From Schmidtea polychroa (Eukaryota): a stretch of 64,000 nucleotides of DNA. Below are positions 40,106-53,900 of this stretch, in pieces. The stretch lies in the NCBI GenBank assembly GCA_044892525.1, contig CM097885.1, positions 20,772,001 through 20,836,000 of the forward strand. The letters run 5' to 3'. Made by a program: the position numbers and the translations under genes. The stretch's first letter is position 1; each line of letters starts with the position of its first letter. A model generated the notes under the pieces. It was not told the origin of the DNA, did no database searches, and worked only from the letters and a program-made list of their open reading frames with translations.

Positions 40106-43100
40106 TTCAAAATACATTATTTGTTAAAAATTTAATTTATAGAAATATATTTTTAAATCTATTACATTGTCAAATGAGAATGGAAGTTTTAATAACGTTG
40201 AACTCGGTCTAATTTGATATTATTATTGAGAAGTTAACAACCTCTTAACTAGTCTCAAGTGAATTAAGACATTTTAGAGTTTCCCGCTGAAAATGTTTTG
40301 ACGAAAATAAAATCTTGAATGATATTTTCCTTATGGGTTCCGAATGACTAATTCGGTTTAATTAGGACGTTTAATTATCATTTTGATCGGTAATATTTTT
40401 TGTATCAAATATCAATTTTCAAATCAGATCCTGACTTCATTTTCTGGTTCATATCAAATGTGAAATGATAATTTATTGTTGTTGAGTTTTATTTCCTTGT
40501 TTTAATGAATATGGATATTTTTACAGTATTTATTTATTTTTTTTAATAATTAATACTAAATGGCATTTTTATTAACAACCATTAACAATTCTATAATGTA
40601 AAAAATTATAAAAATTGAAACGAAGAAATTTAAAAAAAAATACATTAATAATGAAAAATAAAATTTGAAAAATATTTTTTCCATTGAAATTGATTGAATT
40701 TATTTATTAAAAAATACGAGTCAGTTTTTTTCTGTACTGGAATTACCGGATGTATTTACTGTTGCAAAATGAATTTTTAGGGTGAAAATTTTTTTTCCAA
40801 TTTTGAAATATTAATTTTTTAATCATCTGTGAAGTGAATATAATATAATAATACGAAAAAAGAGAATTAATTAAAATTTTAATTTGAAAAAGTATTTAAA
40901 ACAAATAATTTCGAATGGATGAAGTTGAAACTTGACAGGTTTGACATTTGACCCATATCAAGTTGAAATGATCCCAGTTTGGTAGCAATGAATAGTTGAA
41001 TGAAATTTTTGAAATTTTCAACATAAATCGTTGTCATAAAATGATTCATCGTCACTATTTTTATTTGCAGAATTTAACAGATTCAAAACTGATTTTTCTC
41101 CCATACCAAATCAAACTCAGTAGGAAATGACAACTAATAAACAACCCGTTCCGTGTCGCACGTCACAGGACACAGTCCGAACGGTTTAATGAATAGAATG
41201 ACCAATTATTTTTCAAATGATGAAAATCAGGGTCTTAAAATCTAATTGCTTTCATGACTAAGTCGCTTCCATAATGGTCAGCACTTGTTTTAATATGGAC
41301 ATTATATCATTAACATAGATATTGATACTATCAATTACGGACAAATTATATGTCCTTATTTTCTCCAGGAATTCTTAATTTTGTAATTTGGGATAATCTT
41401 TTCCTTTAGTTTTACATAAATTGACTTGCAAATTATAAGTCAACATTTTTAGACCATTTAAAATGAGACAGACAAAAATAATTAAATAAAATACTTTTTT
41501 GTATAATTTCTAAGATGTCCGAAGTCAATTATTGTTTTTATTTTAAATGTGATACTTATATTTTAAATTTTAAAGAAAATACTATGATAAATTTAAAAAA
41601 ATTATAAATGAATTAATTATTTATTTTTAACTTTTATTTTTTATATTTAATTTAATTTTTTGGGCAATTAAAACAAAATATCGGTTAGAAATTAAATAAT
41701 TACAAATATTAATCTAAAGTCTTTAGCCAAAAGAAAACAAATGACAAACGTAATGTTAATTTTTAAAATTTTTGTAATTAATTTTATTTCTGTTAATTTT
41801 AATTATTAAAGTGTCAATTTCAAATTTATTTACAATATTTATAATAAATCTAAATAGGTTAAGGAAATGTTAAATATTTTTAGATAAAAATTTAAAAATT
41901 ATAATAAAAAATTGATTAATTTAATATCCAAAAGAAAATAAAAATACTAATAAATACATGAAAATTTTATAATCATAATATTTAATAAAACACATTTATT
42001 GTGAATATATAAATTTATTTAGTACTAAAAATAGCAAAAATAGATGGGGATAACCCTGAAGATTGACGTAGGGTTTCGCCAAGAACATTCGATGTTGCAT
42101 GTTATGGCGTTGATAACTTTTATCAATGAAGATATCTGTTCTTGAATTGAAGGACAAGAAACGGATGAGATGGATCTGGGTGTGTTTGGAATAAGTGATC
42201 TGGCATCAGTCTATTTGCAATTACTGCTGGGTGGAAAGAATTGTCTGAATTGACGCCGAGGAATGATGTTTGGACGTGTTGGCAGAATAGGAGAGCAATG
42301 TTCTTCGATAATTAAATATAATCGTCCAGTGTGAGTTCTCATACAAGTTGAGATAAAAATGGTGATGGGGCTTGGCCTGCGTATGGAGTGGACTTTGATA
42401 GTTTTTCGATTGCTGAAGTACGTGTGGGTGAATATTTTTTGTATCACTGTTTTGATGGACTCTTATGAAGTTTCTGAGTCTAAGGCGTCTACTTTTTGTG
42501 AATTTAATTCTGACATTAACTCGTCAGATATTGTGTCTAACAAGGTCTTGTCTTGATTTGGGGTTGGCGTTTGTGTGGGATTCAAAATATGGAACCAAAA
42601 TAATGGAGTGCCGTTCGAGTTTTAGAAAATCAACTAAGTTCAACCAACGGACTTAGATAAGTGAAGATAAGTTTTCATTTTAGCGTCACCTCTTGCCCTA
42701 AAAAAAAGTGTAACTGTTGAATTTTCTAGGATTGAAATGTCGATGGGGACTTTATTATTTAAGATGAAAAACTTGTTGTCGTACATTAAATGTTTTGATA
42801 AGTCTTTGGTTATACAAAAGGTTGTTTTGGCAGACAGTGATGTTAACCGTTTTGTTATCCATTAAGGTTGGGTTTTTGCGTTTTGGAAAAGGGGGACAAC
42901 ATGTGCAATACTGATGCTTCAATTTTTTTTTGATGATTGAATTCAGAATTTCCTCTAGCAATACATATTTACAATACAGGATCCGACGAAGTTAATTTAT
43001 ATTCAACAATTGATTTGTCATTGATGATAAATGAGTGATTATTAATCCAATTATATTTTATATAGCTCTGATCAGGGATGATCTGGCGTTCGCTAGAGGA

Positions 43101-43287
43101 TTTTTAATATAATATAATATTTTCGTTAGTAGAACTTTGAGTATTGATGATGCATGGGTATATCAAGGATAGGAAAATTGTTGTTGATACCATTATGAAT
43201 GTAATATAAAAGCGAGACAATGGCATGTGTGACGAGCTAATGTTTCGAATATTGTATTATTGAGTTTTATAAATTATATATCTTTTG

Positions 43288-43527
43288 CAGGGCCATAACA
43301 AGGCATTATTGACCTTGTGCGGTTCATATATTTGGCGCCCCCAATTCAAAACAGCCAACTATAATAATTATGTTAAAGATAGGCTAGCTAAGGTGCCCTT
43401 TTGTTCGTGCATGCAATTTGATAATTTTTTATTAACATTAAAAAAATGTTACATCCCAGTTTTGCGCCCCTTTCAGATGTACGCCCGGTGCGACTACACC
43501 GCTTGCACCACCCTTGTTACGGCACTG
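43288..43527. mobile_element. hAT-type MITE
   Basis: TIRs CAGGGCCATAACAAGG / CCTTGTTACGGCACTG; 8-bp flanks ATCTTTTG / ATCTTCGG match at 6 of 8. Confidence 0.75.
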
Positions 43528-44561
43528 ATCTTCGGAGGAAACAGACTTTCGTGGCGATGTTCGAACGAAAAAATGAATATTTAAACAACTTGATTTAATT
43601 TACTTAATTTAATAATGCATTAGTAATTTAATTATTAAATTGATATATTTAATAATTGGAATGTCGGAGACACTATAACTAGCATAGCCTAGAGGAGTAA
43701 ATTCTTAATAAGAGTACATTCTTAGTATTATTTTTATAATGACCTTGACCTACATAATGGTTCACTTCTTTGTTCTGTGACTCACCGACGATGAACCACC
43801 ATTGAAATTACCTCTTCTTTACTAAATAGTGCAAAATTGTGTATAAAGAATCAAAAAAAATATATTTTGTAAAAATCAATGGTATAAATTTAATATCAAT
43901 ATTTTTGTGTCATAATACTAATACACGAAATGAAGTTTTGAACATGTAATCTCTCCAACCGAAAAAAAATATTAGACTCCAACTTATATAATAAAATCCT
44001 TAAATGCGAACTCACTTTCTTAGTCAACAGAAAGTTTTCTTTTTCTGTTATTTTTATAATTTCAAAATGAACTCAAAATTTGATTACTTAGATTAAACAA
44101 AATACTAAGCTAATATTTGTAAATCATTGATGAAACCTCATGAATCTTAAAAAAAAATTTTTAGAATAGTCAATAAAATCAATAAATAGAAAATTAATAT
44201 TTTGTTTAAATAAATAAAAAAATACAGTTGAATAATAAATGGGTCTAAAATGTAAATGCGAATTTTGTGTAGAAAATTTAGAAATATACTTTCTGACATT
44301 TTCATCTTTTCTATCAACATATTCAAGAAATTGAAACAAGAAATACTCTACTCATTGCATGATTTTCTTTTCTCCACATAATTTGTCCCTTCACTACCTG
44401 TCATGCATAAATTAGGCCTGATTATGTTTAAATTCACCAGCATATTTTTGCTCATGAAAAAAAAAGCGGCAAATAAAATACTTGAAAAAATATCGATTTG
44501 TAATGATTTTTTGATATAAAAACATATTTTATTGATTTTTTAATACATAAAATAAATAATA

Positions 44562-45135
44562 CTCCCTCCGTCCGGTAATATGGTATACATTTCAACAAAA
44601 ATCGTAGATTATCTTAAATATAAAAATAAATAGGCAACTGTCATGACATTGTCATAGTAAATATTCATGACAATATAACCTAAAATATTTGACTTAAGTA
44701 ATATCACTCTTAGTTAAAAACTTACCGCTCAAACATCAGTGTTTCTTGAGGTAGATAAAATTAGTACCGCTGCAAGACGAATATGGAAAATGTGGAAGGA
44801 AATTTGTTAAATTTAGAAAGAAAAGATTCAAAATATAAACAGTTAACTAAAGAACAACGTCAAGGTATTTTTGAAAATTTATTAAGCAGATGAAGAAGAA
44901 TAAGTTAAAACACGGTGCAATCAATACCATATTTCCGGACGGAGGGAGTAATATTTATTTTTTTAAATTTTATTTAATATTTACATTAATATTTATTAAA
45001 ATGTTTCAAATAAAGGTAATATAATAAACTTGTCATGTACATTTTTTGATTTATTTTATTTTTTCGCAAATGTATACCATATTTCCGGACAACAAAAATC
45101 GCTCAAATGTATACCATATTTCCGGACGGAGGGAG
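44562..45135 (+). mobile_element. Internally deleted mariner with CTCCCTCCGT (Stowaway/DD39D-type) TIRs and a second right end
   Basis: TA-CTCCCTCCGTCCGG...CCGGACGGAGGGAG-TA ending at 44948 and again at 45135; remnant KQLTKEQRQGIFENLLSR..KLKHGAI. Confidence 0.8.
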
Positions 45136-45150
45136 TAACATAAAAATAAG

Positions 45151-45432
45151 ATGGCATGTAATGGGTGTAATGCCAAATACATTGGAGAGACTTCCCGTCA
45201 TCTCTGTATTCGAGCTCAAGAACATTGTAGACCGAAGGCTTTGACCCATATTAGTGAGCACAATAAGGGCTGTAAGATTAAAATAGGTATGTCTGATTTT
45301 AAAATTTTATTAAAAAATTTCGATAATTATTGGGAACGTGTGATTTGTGAGGCGTTGTTGATAAAGTCATTGAATCTGAAAATTAATGTGCTGAATGCAG
45401 TGAATTCCTGTATTTCAAGTGTTTTTAAATAA
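45151..45432 (+). pseudogene. Penelope-like GIY-YIG 3' fragment (related to 2545-2886)
   Basis: CNGCNAKYIGETSRHLCIRAQEH...YWERVICEALLIK. Confidence 0.85.
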
Positions 45433-45659
45433 TTGTTTTTGTATATTTTATATATTGATTGTTGGGTTAAATTAAATAATTAATAAATTTTTTAAATTAT
45501 TAAATTAAATTCTGAATGCTAAAATTTTAAAAATAATATATTAATTTAATTATAATTTTTAAAAATAATTAAATTTTTTTATTAAATAAAAAATTTTTGT
45601 TTTATATATAATTAAAAAAAATTGGTTTAAAATCCGTAATTTAATGAGTTATTATATCC

Positions 45660-45698
45660 CACCTGATGATGACAGGAAAACCGTCGAAATATATCGTG
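45660..45698 (+). ncRNA. Minimal type I hammerhead ribozyme
   Basis: cac-CTGATGA-t-GAC(A)GG-aaaa-CCGTC-GAAA-TATA-TC^gtg; stems I and II pair. Confidence 0.75.
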
Positions 45699-46556
45699 AA
45701 AAGAATGTTTGATTTCCGTTATCTTATTATTTAATCATTAAACATAAACATGTATGTTTAACTAATAACGTAAAAGTTTAATAAATTTATTTTATTTTTT
45801 TAAAAATGAATGAAGACCAAAATCCTTCTTCCTAACATTGTCTTACATAGTACCAATATCCTATTTTTTATAATTTATGGGATTTGTCAAATTTAGGAAA
45901 CTAACATTTCAAATATATTTCACATTTGTTGTCTGTGACACTCTTTTGGTTCTGAAAGCATCTTTTACAAATTTGTTTTCTAAGATTCAATGTGATATCA
46001 TGGTCGTCGGACGATTGCAAATAATGAATTTTTCTTTACTCTCACATTAAAAATCCTGTACTTTTAAGCTTTAAGAATTTCATTAAGAATCTTGTTTCAT
46101 TTTATAAAAATGTTTATTAATGAAATTACATTTTGCTTTACTTTTCACAAAATTCGTTTATTAATATATAGACATTTATGATGAAGCTTAATTCCTTGTG
46201 CAACGTTCTATTTCGTTATTTGTAAACATTCTTCTAGTAGCTCTTGTATAAAATTACCCATGAGATGGCTATAAAGAATCCAATAAATGGAATGAAATTT
46301 GAAAGAAAAACTAAATAAAATAATGTTTGATTTAATTCCACGGAAATTTCTACTATTCAATTTTGAATAAAATATTTCACTTAAAGCTGATTGAATATAA
46401 TTAGTAAATAAAGCGTTTTTAAAACAAATAAAATCCAATTAAAAATTTGTATCAAAATGTACCTGATGCTAATTGATAACTTAAAAAATTGTATCAAAAT
46501 CAAGAAAAATAAAATAAACTTTACTAAAGTTTTTTTATTGCAAACATTATACCATG

Positions 46557-46725
<169 letters not shown>

Positions 46726-47740
46726 TTATATTTTTTATAAAACACCGCAATTGAATAAAATTTATTATGTAATTTTCCTTCAAATATAACTTGTAAATAT
46801 TTGAAAAAAAATCACTTTACATTCCTTTAGAGAAATTTTTATTTTTGCACTTGACCTTAGTACTGATTTATTGCCCAGTGAATCATGACAATGTTTTGTA
46901 TTAATTTTATTTGTTCCAGTTTTGTTCCGGTGACATATCATTTTTAAAGAAACGTGTATTTTGCGAGAACGAGAAAAAAGGAATCATTGAATGTTAAATT
47001 TATTACAGTGGAAAATTTCGGAAAGAATTCGTCATGAAATTGGTTTTACATTTAATAAAGCTTTCCGTTTTAACTCTTTACTTACATCTACTAAAAGAGA
47101 TCTCATAAAAAAGCACAAAAATAATATATTACATAATTTTGTGTTATAATCTATTTAAAAATTATACTTTTAATGTTCCAGTATTCAAAAGAAATATATT
47201 GGAACCAGTAAAGAGAAAGAGGAATTCCATGAATGAAAAACTATCTATGATTAAATTGGCTTTGTGTGATGTAAATAATTTGGTTTGTTTGCGAGGGTGT
47301 ATTCTAAATTATAAGATAGTCTTAGTGTTTATTAATGGATTTGAAATCATTTCTGGAGTGTGTTCGGATCTTGGTTATGAATTAAAATGTCATGGGTGTA
47401 AATAGATATATACAAGAATGATTACACGTCATCTCCGTTCTCAAGTTCTTGATCACTGTTGACTGAAGGAATTGATTAATATTAGTGGGCGCAATAACGA
47501 ATGATGTGTTTGCGTTTGTATTGAAGTACTTATATTGGTACATGGAAAAAACACGTGCAAATGATATGAATGTAACATCAAGTTATACAAACATGTAAAA
47601 AATTACTCAATTTAATAAAAAATGTTATGTAATTTAAATTTAAAATTTTGAGTATTTTAAAGAAATAATGATTTTTAAAAAGAATTTTTTTAATTTTGTC
47701 CGAATAAGGAATTTAAAATCATTATAGTCTTTACGTTTAT

Positions 47741-48067
47741 ACCTGAAAATATATACCCGGCGTTGCACGATTTAAAAAATAATAAACAGATTCAAAATAA
47801 AGAAATTTATTTCAATTCATTCATTTAAAAAAAATAATTTAAAAAATCAATAAAAATTTAAATAAAAAAAAGTACATGTAATTTATGATAAAGCTTGTCG
47901 ATAGACTATATTTTTGGTTTTTCCTTCTGGTACAAAAAACAAAAACATAGCCTATGACCTGTCCCGAGTCAAATGAGGGTCACGTGCAAAATTTCAGCAC
48001 CCTAAGTCCAACGGTGGAGAATTCTATGGGTAACAAACAAACAAACTTTCATGTTTATATATTAGAT
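47741..48067 (-). mobile_element. Non-autonomous Helitron-like element
   Basis: Minus strand begins aTCTAATATATAAA, carries (GTTT)n and TGAAATTTTGCAC, and ends near a CGTGCAACGCCGGGT hairpin-like motif. Confidence 0.55.
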
Positions 48068-48068
48068 A

Positions 48069-49345
48069 TAGGGTTTTTCGATTTATTTAATAAATGTTAC
48101 AATCGATTTAATATTTTTTTCTCAATTAAAATTTAAACTAATTACTTGGCCATGTTCATCAAACCTGATAGCGTGGGCGTAGACTTGAATGTGAATGCAC
48201 CTGCTTCCCCTGTTAACAACAAAACTGAAATGTAAGGAATTGGATTAGTGCGAATCGAAGGCCAATTGGTGTCCCGGACCACTATAGCCTGCTCATGTAA
48301 AAAGCCCGTATCCAGCCTTGATTGAGAAAGAATTATAGAGATAACTCTAGAAGGTCATTCGATGTCAAGTATAGCAAATAGACTTTCAATTATTTAACAG
48401 TCAATAGTATTGTAAGAAAATACTTAGCAACAGGATTGGTGACTTCTCAGCCAAAGAATGATAATGTGCTTACCAAATTAACTAAAGAGCTGAAAATTGA
48501 CTTGCTGGCGTATATTGATATGTAGTGTACGAGAACGCTGGAACAAATGGTCAACAGGTTACTTATAACTTTCAACATAACCGTTTCCTAAGGTAAAGTT
48601 GCCAGAGCGTTAAGACAATTTCACTATACGCTTAAAAGGCTCACATTGGTACCCGAGCATAGAAATTGCGAAAGAACAATTGCTCTAAGGAGAGACTATG
48701 CAACTCTTTTAAGATCATTAAAAGTTAGTAATAATGATAAACATTTCATTTTTATCGATGAGATCGGGTTTGCCGTTGTTACCAGGCCAAGCCGAGAGTG
48801 CAATGTTCGAGGTGAGTCTGTGTTTGTTTCTGTTCCAGGTGCGCGCAGCAGGAATATTTCTGTTGTTGCAGCTATGAATAAATATGGCATGATCTATCAT
48901 AAAATTAATGAGAGAGCTGTTTGTCTCAAAAAATTCAAAGAGGCCTACCAAGCTTCTGGAATTCATCCCCCTATTTTTATTTTTGACAATGTTGGAATTA
49001 ATCACTATAGAGGTTTGCGTGAGGATTAGGATATTTTCAATTATCAAATTAAATATCTCCTACCATATTCCCCCATTCTCAATCCTATTGAAAATGTGTT
49101 TTCTGTTTGAAAGAACGATGTAGTAAGAAGCGCCGCCACAAATGAATTACAATTAGAACTTTTATTATTTATAAAATTTACTGAAATCACCTCAAAACAA
49201 TGCGGCGGCTTTTATCGTAAAATGCCCAAATACCTGAAAAGGCAGAGCTGGGACAGATAATTCTTGAATAAACTATGAGTTTCTTTATTATTCTTAAAAT
49301 TATTAAATTGAATGCAACAATTATTAAATAGATCGAAAAACTCTA
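48069..49345 (+). mobile_element. IS630/Tc1-family transposon with pseudogenised transposase
   Basis: ~50-bp imperfect TIRs (TAGGGTTTTTCGATTTATTTAATAA / TTATTAAATAGATCGAAAAACTCTA); FIFIDEIGF, IFDNV, YLLPYSPILNPIENVF with stops and frameshifts. Confidence 0.88.
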
Positions 49346-49777
49346 ATTTTGAGTGGCGTTTTTTAATATTTGATTTCATTGCTTAAATATAGAATGAATA
49401 TATTTCTGATTCAATTAGTATACTAGATCGGATCACAACAATATAATTTATTAAAAATATAAAACAGTCTATTGGATTTTTTATGTTACAATACTTTACA
49501 AAATAGTAACAATTAAATAACCAAATTGTTTTAATTCACCGAAAATAATATATATTATTATTATAATGATAGATTATGAATTTACTTTATGAATTTACTT
49601 TTTTATGAAACATTCGATTTTACACGTTTATGTGCCATATTATAAATTTTTTTTTCTTTTGTAGTCAAAATATTTAGCAAAATAAAACATAATTAAAAAA
49701 TTAAATTATTAAGTATTATATTAAACGTAATTATTAAAGATTATGAGAATAGTACACGTTTTTAAAATTATATTTTT

Positions 49778-49814
49778 CGATATATTTCGACAGCTCGAAT
49801 GTCATCATCAGCAC
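49778..49814 (-). ncRNA. Degenerate minimal hammerhead ribozyme
   Basis: Reverse strand CTGATGA-t-GACA-ttcgagc-TGTC-GAAA-TATA-TC; stem I unpaired. Confidence 0.55.
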
Positions 49815-50864
49815 TAAACGATTCTTTAGCAATATTTTATTATAGACAATACAATAAATAAGCATAATACATAATATTCAAATTATTTACACTATCTTTA
49901 ACAGTAAAACAAATTAAATGCTAAATAATTAAAAAAAAGATAAAATAAGCATTTCTTGCAAGTTTTAATTTGAATTAAATGAACTTTTTAAATTATTAAA
50001 TAATCTTTTACCTAACCATAAAGGAAATAGTACCAAATATATAACTCAAAATATCTTAAGATTTATTATGTATTGCATTGTTAAAACCCTTTATTAAAAT
50101 AATACATTGTAATCACCACTTAAAATATTGAAAAGGATTACTTTATAATATTCTCACTTAAAAAAGATTAATAGAATAAATTTTTTATAAAAAAATTAAA
50201 ATATACAAAAAAATACTTTTATTACTTATTATTAATACGTAAAAAATTAAAACAACAAATAAATCCAGATTTTATTTATTAATACATAAAAGGAATAATT
50301 TATTATACATAAATAATAATATAATTTACTAAAGATTAAAGATTGTTTTTACTTATACTTTACCGAAATTTAAGGTATTTCTCCGGTATTAATGTCTTTT
50401 AAGTAAATAATTTAAATAAACAATTACTAGAAAATTTCGCGATATTAAAATACACGTTACTTTCTGATCACATCCATTTTTTCTATTTTAAAAATTTATA
50501 AAATATTTATTGATTATAAATTACGTTTATTGACTAAATACAATGGAAATTATTATTAGCACCAATATAGAATTATTTGAGAAAATAATTAAGACGAAAA
50601 AAAGTTAATAAATTTATTAAAAAATACCTTGGAATGAGACACGCGACAATTTCAGAAGTCTGTAATATCTTGCATAAAAAAGTAATTATATTTCACTGCA
50701 TCTTTATGAAATGATAATCATATAATCCTGTCGCAACATTCATCAAATCTCCACAATGAAAAATAATATTTCCATAATGCAGTGATATTATTTAAAAAAA
50801 TTATTTTTTCCACTTTCAAGGAAATTTAAATTTCATTATTTTAAAATAATAATAATATTAATAC

Positions 50865-50961
<97 letters not shown>

Positions 50962-53900
50962 TAATAATAAGTATGGAATTGTCTGGGAAATGTGATTTTA
51001 CAACTATTGATCTGACTCCAAAGTATGTCTTGATAGACAACAATAACGAATTCAATACAATAAAAACTGTTATTGATAAGAACAATAGATTATCAATTTA
51101 TAGCAACACAAAATGAATGAGTGAGGAATACTACTATTATAACGACTTGGAATTTATGACTACCTCGTTACTACTTATGGTTTCAAGAATCGGTAGACGG
51201 GGTCTAGTTACTTTCCTTGCATCAACTAGAAAATACTCGATACTCATGATAAATAATTGTAATAATTTGATTAAATTGTTTTTCCCACTTTCCGTTAATT
51301 TTGAAATTCTTCGAACTTTGGTTTTGTTTTAATTGTATTTTCTCGTATCAGGCTCTTTTTTTGCGTTTCAGTTTTATACTCTCCCATCTAAATAGCAATT
51401 ACAAAAAGTTATTTTGTTTCTGATTTCTGCTTACAAATAATTCCATTTATTTATCCCTAATTCCTATATAAACCTATATAAAACCACCAGTTACATACAT
51501 TGAACACACCAAAGACTGATCTTACATATAATGATGTCCAAAAGAATTGGTTGGTAAACAATAAGAGCATCGTATAAAGTAATAAATGGAAGTTCTGATA
51601 ATATATATAACTAAATAAGTTCCAATTGAAACTATTTCTGATTATAATGGAGATATTAAAATAATATGTATTGGACGCATATGTGAATACATCCACCATT
51701 ATTTGTCGGTTCTAAGATGGTTTTTTTATGTTTTTCATTTAAAATAGATTTCATGGATCAGCCCAGATAGTTTCTTCCAGGAATTAATATATTTCTGATA
51801 AGAAATTCGTCATCATTTTTTAACAATCCGAAATGGGCCAACTAAAGGTAAAAAATATCGAAAGTAGAATTAATGATTCTTTGAGTAAGTTGGCATGAAA
51901 TAGGTTAAATTTTGAAAAAGCTGCATATCAAATTAAAAATAAATTGTTGACTATATAATATCAAGGGATCATCTTCATTTTATAGGGAACAAATATTTTG
52001 TGGGAAAAAACCACTCAATATAAAAGAACATATAAGGAATCAAGCGTGGTCTTTAAATATTTAGATGTTACACAATTAACTTTATCATAAACAGGTTCCT
52101 ATGCGTATTAATACAATAAATATAGACTATGTTAGATTTTATTTAGAAATAAAGAAATAATTACACAAAATTGTATATATATATATATATATACTGCATG
52201 TGCACCTACAAAGCATATTGGGATTAATAATAACCAATGACATGATTGGTGGACTCAGAAAATCAAGATAATCAATCAAATATACAGGCATTGATATACA
52301 TTAATTATAAGCGTTAACATAAAATATTATATGCAATAAGGAAAGTTTAATATTCGATTTTGATTTAATTTTGATGAATTTTATAAATTCTATTCTTTTA
52401 ATTTAAAAACTTTGGTATATTTTCTAAAAACCTTTAAAGTTTAGCATAGTTTGTTTTTTTAATTAATGCCCAATTAAATATTCAATTATAATGGCTCATA
52501 TTTTTTGATAAATTAAATTCAAATATTTTATTTAAATTCAAACAAAAATTATAAATAATTACTAAATGTCTAAAATGCAAAAAAACCTAACATAATTCTA
52601 AAATTAAAAGTCAAAAAAGTCAAATACAAATCATCTAAAATATAAATAATTTATTAATGTTCATATATTCAACAATTGTTTGCAGAAACTGACATTGTCA
52701 GTAGTACAAAGAAAGTTATATGTAATCCAAAAAATTTCAATTTGATAATAAATTCAACACAGATAATTATGATAATTATGTTATTTATTTTGATTTAATT
52801 AATTTTGAATTTTTTCTTACGATAAGATTTCTTCTAACTAAGACTTCATTAATTTATTATATATATATATATATATTCTGACAATAGATCATTTTTAATA
52901 ACTGCTTCCATTGACATGTGTGGATCGGAATTTCCCATAATAAGAAGGAAATTCCTAAAATATCTCGTAACATTTTCGTGGCTACTTAATAAAACACGTA
53001 TCGAATGATAATCAAATGGAATTGAATATGCTACCAAACCCTTTTCTAATTCCGGATGTTTCTTCTAATTTTTTGTGTTTCTTCACAATTTCACCGATTG
53101 ATCTATCGTTATTGTTAAGTGTAAATTTTGGAGCATATTTATTCATTTCACAACATATATGATTTGGTATAATGATCTTAAATATACGAAACTATAACAA
53201 ATCTCTCCTCAACTCACATTGCCTGTGAAGGTAAACCTGCAACTCAATGATATGATATTTTAACTTGTTCAAAAAGTCCCTTACCAACCTATTAACTTTT
53301 TGTCTTATGAACATTAATATTTATCGAAATTGCACTAACGTCAAAACTAAAACATTTGATAGTATTAAATGTGAACAAAATAAACAAAACAAACAAATTA
53401 TCAGGCTGAGTAATAATGAAATGGGTTTATTTTATAACACAAGTGCATCAAGTATATATGCACCTACAGGAAAGCTTCCCTATTTCTAGTATCTACATCG
53501 TATTTAATGTCCTCATTGAAATCTTTCTACTCATCCTTTTAACCATCCAGGAGAAGGAAATGTAAAATGTAGTAAAAAAAAGTATTTATATTTTGTTTTA
53601 ATAAACTATTATTAAATCATAATTTAGTAGATAAATGAGACTTGTTCTGTAATTGACAGAATGTCTTTTGCATGCTGGCATTAGGGAAAATGCTCATCAA
53701 CTCTCAACGAAATTAAAGTAATAATCTAAATAAAATAATCCAATTAAATTCTCTATAATTCATGTTAAACAATATTTTGAAATTAATATTTTTGAAAAAT
53801 GTTATTTGGAATAAAATGCATTATTTGGATTTGAAAAACATTTTTTTTAAATTTCAGAAAAATAAAATTTAATATTTATTAATATTTTTTAAATAATTTA

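Noticed and set aside
42000..43200. Moderately GC-rich stretch resembling decayed coding or retroelement DNA (similar at ~6000-6500, 27700-28280, 30300-31200, 51100-53500)
   Set aside because: Many stops and no motif I can assign with confidence
47380..47500. Very degraded GIY-YIG-like remnant (another possible one at ~5450-5720)
   Set aside because: Too short and decayed to delimit as a feature
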